Below are positions 59,031 through 64,000 of a stretch of 64,000 nucleotides of DNA, one piece after another. Numbering within the stretch: position 1 is the first letter of the stretch; every line of letters starts with the position of its first letter. The DNA lies in NCBI GenBank assembly GCA_016193335.1, contig JACPSK010000001.1:22716-86715 (forward strand), given 5' to 3'. This DNA is from Candidatus Magasanikiibacteriota bacterium (GTDB taxonomy: Bacteria > Patescibacteriota > Patescibacteriia > Magasanikbacterales > UBA922). The notes under the pieces are model-generated. The model was not told the DNA's origin and searched no databases. It was given only the letters and a program-made list of their open reading frames with translations. The position numbers and the translations under genes are program-made.

Positions 59031-60506
59031 TCAAGGCAAAAGATTAAATTTTTCTAATCTACGTACTATACCAAGCGCGGTGTCTACTTCCACCATATCA
59101 CCATCTTTCAATATTTTTGTCGCGCATCTTGTACCTACAATGCAAGGCAGACCCAGCTCTCTCGACACAATGGCCGCGTGCGAGAGCAAACCGCCTTCAT
59201 CCGTTACAATGGCCCCGGCACGTTCCATGGCTGGCACAAGAAGCGGATTTGTTGCCGAAGCCACCAAAATATCGCCCCGCTCCAATCGTTCCGCGTTTTT
59301 ATTCGTAAGCACAATACAAACTCTGCCCTCACAAGGCAAGGCGCTTTTCGAGGCGACCTGACCCTTCAATTCTTTCACCATATCATACTCTTCGTAACGC
59401 AGCTCATCTTTCTTATATTCAATCAGATCAGCCCCCACATATACCATAATCGTCTTGTCATCGAGCACAATGCTCGGGTCCTTTGCTCGAGCCTCGAGAT
59501 CCTCTGAATTGACTTCCAAAACGCCAGCCTTAAGAGATCGCAATAATTCCTCACCCCGAAGATTCACCAGCTTAATATAGGAAATATCAAAGTCATTCGC
59601 AAGGCGTTGAAATAAAGTACTAAACGTATGCACCGCGTAAGCGTAAGAAGCCTCAGCATTATTGGAAGCCGCCGCCCAAGCGGCCGCTGAATTAATATGC
59701 TTTAAAGTTACGTCTGATAAACCGAGGATATCTCGAAGCAGAAATCCTTTTTTGCTCATGCGTTTCGCTTCCTCGATTTTTTTTCGCTCTTTATCCAAAC
59801 CTTTTTTTATTAAATCCCGCACGCGATTTGTTAAGACTTCTCTATCGTATCCACTGCCATGCAAGAGATACCTGCCCAAATGAGCAAACATAGCGAGATG
59901 AGCATCCACTCTTCGATTGAATTCTTCATTCATACCATGGGATTCGGCATATTCAGCCAACTCACACAAGGCAATTCGTTCCAGTTGGTATTCCGAGCTC
60001 TCGGGAAGTTGTAATAAGTCGTTAAAATATTCATTTTGTTTCAGGACATCGCCTTCAGATTCTGCAATGGCTTTTAAAATAATATCAGAGAGAATGCGGT
60101 TGACCATCACATAGTGATAGGCATATGCCCACTGCGACCTCGTAGTCAACAAAAATCCTTCCATAGCCGTATAAATACTTGTTGAATCAGCCCGACTAAA
60201 ATCCGTATCTTTGTATGTGTCCGCATGTGAACGCACTCGCCGCATGCGCGCATTATAATCATGAGCATAATCCACCAGTATGCCCGGGCTGGATAATTCT
60301 AGATTCCGTAGATATTCAATGTAATCATCGTATGTCCTTTTCGAAAACCAACGCGCGCCGTCCAGCTGCCGATACTCACAGGGTTCATATTCTGTTTGTT
60401 TTTCGTATAATCCAAGCAAGCCATGGCGATAGGCTTCCATGACCGTATCAATCAAAAGCACTGGATGCGGATCGCCGCGACGCGCGACTTCAACCCAAAA
60501 CGTCAT
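59031..60506 (-). CDS. Helical domain + PEP-utilizer phospho-His swivel protein (paralog D)
   Basis: GGLLSHAAIVSRELGLPCIVG; start taken at ATG 60506. Confidence 0.88.
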   Translation of the reverse strand: MTFWVEVARRGDPHPVLLIDTVMEAYRHGLLGLYEKQTEYEPCEYRQLDGARWFSKRTYDDYIEYLRNLELSSPGILVDYAHDYNARMRRVRSHADTYKDTDFSRADSTSIYTAMEGFLLTTRSQWAYAYHYVMVNRILSDIILKAIAESEGDVLKQNEYFNDLLQLPESSEYQLERIALCELAEYAESHGMNEEFNRRVDAHLAMFAHLGRYLLHGSGYDREVLTNRVRDLIKKGLDKERKKIEEAKRMSKKGFLLRDILGLSDVTLKHINSAAAWAAASNNAEASYAYAVHTFSTLFQRLANDFDISYIKLVNLRGEELLRSLKAGVLEVNSEDLEARAKDPSIVLDDKTIMVYVGADLIEYKKDELRYEEYDMVKELKGQVASKSALPCEGRVCIVLTNKNAERLERGDILVASATNPLLVPAMERAGAIVTDEGGLLSHAAIVSRELGLPCIVGTRCATKILKDGDMVEVDTALGIVRRLEKFNLLP

Positions 60507-60516
60507 ATAAACCTGT

Positions 60517-62037
60517 TTATATTTTACGAATAATTCCTCTTTTCGCGTCCACTTCCACGGTATCGCCATCTTTGAGGACTTGAGCCACTTGTTTCGCGCC
60601 GATAACACAGGGTATCCCCAATTCTCTGCTCACGATGGCCGCGTGCGAGGTAACCCCGCCCTGTTCGGTTACAATCGCGCCGGCACGTTTCATGGCAGGC
60701 AACAAATCTGGATCAGTGGAAATGGATACCAAAATGTCGCCATCTCGCAATTTTTTCATGTCACCCGCCCGAAATATCAACGCCACTTTACCCTTCGCGT
60801 ATCCCGGAGACGCCACCTGTCCTCTAAATTCGCTGAGTGAGATATCGACCTTCTCGAACGTTTGCTTCATAATTTCTTCAGCCTCTTTCCCGGACAAAAT
60901 AATTTCCTTGCCTTGCTCCGCGTAATACGCGCAGCGCTCGGTTCGTTTTTGAAGTTCCTCAGCATTACATTCATGACGCAATAACATAGCTTCCACTTCA
61001 TTCGGAACCGCGAAGCGAAGTTGCTTTACCGAAAGCTCCATCCGCAATGCAATTTCTTTAAGCACTCGATCCATCTGATAAAGCGCATATAGTTGGGCAT
61101 AACGCCGATATATTTTTGTTACCATAAAATCGCCGAACACAGAGCACAATCTCCTGAGGTCAAGATTGGCGTGTATACGTTCAAAAAGCGCCTCTCGATT
61201 TTGAGCGGCTTCTTTCAAACGTTCTTCATTATTTTTTCGTATCTGCGAGGCTGATATGCCTTTCGAAAAAATATCTTTCAGCTCTCGCACAAGCATTTCA
61301 AGTGTATTTTCACCTGCCACGAAAATATATTTTGTGTAGTGATATTTTTCACGATGCTGTTCCAGCATGGCCCGCACGGAATCATTCAATGAAACAAAAA
61401 TCTTGGCCAGATTTTTTTCCAAAAACAATTTTTTCTGAGCAAGATCTTTTTCTATTTCAACCGCTATTTGCAAAAGTTCGTCCTGTTCTGTATATATCAA
61501 AGATCTTTTTGTCGGCTGAGTAAGCGTAACAAAATATTCCGGTATCATTTCGTCTGCTCCCATAACGGAAGAACGGAGCATCTCTAATACACGATTCGTA
61601 AAATTATTGTGAAACATGTCCGACGCGGGAGGAATCCAACACCATGTATAATATTCCTGGTGCGCGTCAAAATGACCCTTGTATATCCGCCATAATTGTT
61701 CGTTCGACAATTCTTTCAGCCCATCTTTTGACGGAATTTTTTCGCAATATGAACGCAAGCTATCGGCCTCTCGGATTATTTCTCTATTTATGGTATGGCC
61801 ATAATCCGGTTCCTTTATGATTCTATTCACCAGATGTTCACCCATTTCATATGAATCGCGATCGTCGAAATAAAACCACAGTTCATAGCCCCGAAAACCC
61901 GCGAGTACTTTGCCGTATGCCCGTCCTGTGTGCCTGCCGAATAAATGTACAAAAGAATTGAGCCATATATAAGAAAAAAACAGATCAATATCTTTGATAT
62001 GCTCACCAAGAATCCATGGCCTGTCTTCTCCGATCAT
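60517..62037 (-). CDS. Helical domain + PEP-utilizer phospho-His swivel protein (paralog E)
   Basis: GQVASPG...GGVTSHAAIVSRELGIPCVIG. Confidence 0.88.
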   Translation of the reverse strand: MIGEDRPWILGEHIKDIDLFFSYIWLNSFVHLFGRHTGRAYGKVLAGFRGYELWFYFDDRDSYEMGEHLVNRIIKEPDYGHTINREIIREADSLRSYCEKIPSKDGLKELSNEQLWRIYKGHFDAHQEYYTWCWIPPASDMFHNNFTNRVLEMLRSSVMGADEMIPEYFVTLTQPTKRSLIYTEQDELLQIAVEIEKDLAQKKLFLEKNLAKIFVSLNDSVRAMLEQHREKYHYTKYIFVAGENTLEMLVRELKDIFSKGISASQIRKNNEERLKEAAQNREALFERIHANLDLRRLCSVFGDFMVTKIYRRYAQLYALYQMDRVLKEIALRMELSVKQLRFAVPNEVEAMLLRHECNAEELQKRTERCAYYAEQGKEIILSGKEAEEIMKQTFEKVDISLSEFRGQVASPGYAKGKVALIFRAGDMKKLRDGDILVSISTDPDLLPAMKRAGAIVTEQGGVTSHAAIVSRELGIPCVIGAKQVAQVLKDGDTVEVDAKRGIIRKI

Positions 62038-62086
62038 ATCTGTCTTTGTGCTTGAGAATCCTTCAGCATGATTCTAAGGCAGGTAA

Positions 62087-62500
62087 TTAAGGAACTCTCT
62101 TGGTGTAAGTCGCGTCAAACTCAAAACCGGCGAAAGAAGTCAAAACCAAAATTTCAAGAAGAGAGAGATAAAATTTCGGGTCCGCGTAAAATTGTAAAAA
62201 TAAATCTTTGAAGTTGCTTCCGAGGTAGGCTGAAATGGATCCAATCACCAAGAGATCAAGAAAAAAACCGACTATGAGGGTGAGAATGCCCAACATGAAT
62301 CCTTTTTTCAAGGAAGGGGCGTCAACCCTAAAATACCATTTGGAAAGCAACAAGGTCAAAGGAATGGCAAGTACCCAAAACACGGCGTATTCTCTGAACC
62401 CAAACACAGGAATTCCTGATACGATTTGTATTAATGCAAGTACTATAAATGAAAAAACGTAGAAGAAAACACCAAAACACAAAGCTCTTTTATAGTTCAT
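62087..62500 (-). CDS. Four-TM hypothetical membrane protein
   Basis: Four hydrophobic segments in 137 aa. Confidence 0.75.
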   Translation of the reverse strand: MNYKRALCFGVFFYVFSFIVLALIQIVSGIPVFGFREYAVFWVLAIPLTLLLSKWYFRVDAPSLKKGFMLGILTLIVGFFLDLLVIGSISAYLGSNFKDLFLQFYADPKFYLSLLEILVLTSFAGFEFDATYTKRVP

Positions 62501-62518
62501 ACACCAAAAAAATTAAAA

Positions 62519-64000
62519 CTAATCAAAACTAATAATCTGATCAGCCTGGATCTTTTGTCCGGCTAGAGAAGGAGGCTTGGAGTCGGAATTCTCAGCAAAA
62601 GAACTCTTTGTCCGGGGAAGAACAACTTTCGCTGGTTCTATATTTTGTTTTTCTTGAAGACTACTCTGATTTTGATTTTCTCCGCCATAATCCTGAGTTT
62701 TGTTTGGAGAAAATCCTTGAGCCATAGCCCCGCTGGCCTGCGTGCCCGCCCCTGGTCCTTGCTTCCGTTTTCGGTTCCGTTTTCGCTTCCTCTTTTTCTT
62801 GTCCTGATTTTGAGGCTGAGGATCCTCAACCTTCTGTTGTGGAAAGCCGCTTTCTTCCCTGAGCGAAGGCGATGCTTCATTCTTGACTGCGGGCGGAAGC
62901 CTTGGCTCTTGTTGTAAACCTAAAAGCTGATCAGATCGTCCAAAATTAGATTCGGGTTCAGACCTCTTGTTCTCAACGCGAGAAGACCGAATCTCGGGTT
63001 TGTCAGGCTGTCTGAACTCGGGTTTCTGAACGCCTGCCGCCTGCATGAGTGCTTCTCTGTCTTCTTTGGGTAAAAGATCTCTCAATGAGACGGCCTTGTT
63101 TTGTTTTTGATCCGGTCGTTCCGGTTTTGGAATGACAAGAGGTTTAGCCTGTTTCGGGCGCTCGTCTAATTCATCGTCTTCAGTGTCAATTTCATCTTCA
63201 TCGCCATCTTCGTCTTCTTGCAATTCTCCAAGACCGCTCCAACGTAAAATCTTTTGCTCTATAACATCTCGCTGTTTGGCGTAGCGTTCGCGGGACACGC
63301 GTATGACTTTTTCCGCCGAACCGGTGGGTTTGCCAATGGGCGGCATGGTTTTGGCGCTAAAAGGCTGAGAAGCCACCCCATCTATCATGAGTTTGAGAAT
63401 AACGTCATATTTGGCAAGATTAACTACGTCTTCTTCAGTAAAAGTGGGAGTGAACTCTTTGGTTAGTGTCTCTGAATCAGCGCCGCCCACTCTAAAGGTC
63501 ACAATGGTGCCCACATTCCCGAACACCGCGTCAGCCACTATTTCATCAAGCTGCATAATATATTGATGGGCCATGATCAGGCTCAGTCTATATTTTCTCG
63601 CCTCAGATAAAATATTGGCAAAACTGGGAGTGGCGAAATTTTGAAATTCATCGACATAGAGAAAGAAATCCACGCGATCCTCTTCCGGTGTGTCCACCCG
63701 TTCCATGGCCGCAAGCTGGATTTTGGTGATAAGCATGCCTCCCAAAAGCCTGCTATTGTCTTCTCCAATCCGTCCTTTGGACAGATTCATGATCAAAATT
63801 TTTCCAGAATCCATGATCTCGCGTATGTTGATGGTGGATTTCACCTGAGCCACCATATTGCGGATAACCGAAGCGGACAAAAATTGCCCTATTTTATTTT
63901 GAATCGGAGCAACGGCTTCTTGCTGATAACGATCGTTGTAATTGGCGAATTCATTTTGCCAAAATGATTTTATAACCGGATCATGGAGTTTTTTGACCAC
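62519..64000 (-). CDS. VirD4/TrwB-like (HerA/FtsK superfamily) ATPase, C-terminal part, with a long disordered tail
   Basis: PIQNKIGQFL, LYVDEFQNF (Walker B), LSEARKY..AHQY and FGNVGT; 5' end lies outside the window. Confidence 0.88.
   Translation of the reverse strand: MVKKLHDPVIKSFWQNEFANYNDRYQQEAVAPIQNKIGQFLSASVIRNMVAQVKSTINIREIMDSGKILIMNLSKGRIGEDNSRLLGGMLITKIQLAAMERVDTPEEDRVDFFLYVDEFQNFATPSFANILSEARKYRLSLIMAHQYIMQLDEIVADAVFGNVGTIVTFRVGGADSETLTKEFTPTFTEEDVVNLAKYDVILKLMIDGVASQPFSAKTMPPIGKPTGSAEKVIRVSRERYAKQRDVIEQKILRWSGLGELQEDEDGDEDEIDTEDDELDERPKQAKPLVIPKPERPDQKQNKAVSLRDLLPKEDREALMQAAGVQKPEFRQPDKPEIRSSRVENKRSEPESNFGRSDQLLGLQQEPRLPPAVKNEASPSLREESGFPQQKVEDPQPQNQDKKKRKRKRNRKRKQGPGAGTQASGAMAQGFSPNKTQDYGGENQNQSSLQEKQNIEPAKVVLPRTKSSFAENSDSKPPSLAGQKIQADQIISFD

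Noticed and set aside
62519-64000. Conjugative element or ICE
   Set aside because: No relaxase, VirB4, integrase or att sites are visible in the window.

Overview
Chromosomal window of a small-genome bacterium, most likely Patescibacteria/CPR. This is inferred from gene content, few Shine-Dalgarno sites, short RpoA/L13/AlaRS, Elp3 and a stand-alone VirD4-like ATPase. The genetic code is standard (11). Housekeeping genes: secD (partial), mraY, an Mpl/MurC-type ligase, glyA, tsaE, cls, typA, greA, ftsEX, the infA-rpmJ-rpsMKD-rpoA-rplQ-rplM-rpsI block, alaS, mnmA and four tRNAs. Main observations: (1) a ~14 kb locus with one stand-alone PPDK/PEP-synthase ATP-grasp subunit and five divergent helical-domain + phospho-His swivel proteins, mixed with three phosphatase-fold genes and a PGM1-like ligase; it looks like a split, multi-acceptor phosphotransferase system. 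(2) An unannotated 36-aa peptide ending ...NPWAP between an isoprenyl-transferase gene and a membrane histidine kinase, resembling comQ-comX-comP. (3) Head-to-head Elp3 and Trm9/ALKBH8-like genes. (4) tRNA-Asn(GUU) split inside its anticodon by a 390-nt group I intron. (5) SecD with two inserted parvulin domains. (6) Three isolated high-GC genes, each with its own consensus promoter. All calls come from motif reading by eye; no database searches were run.
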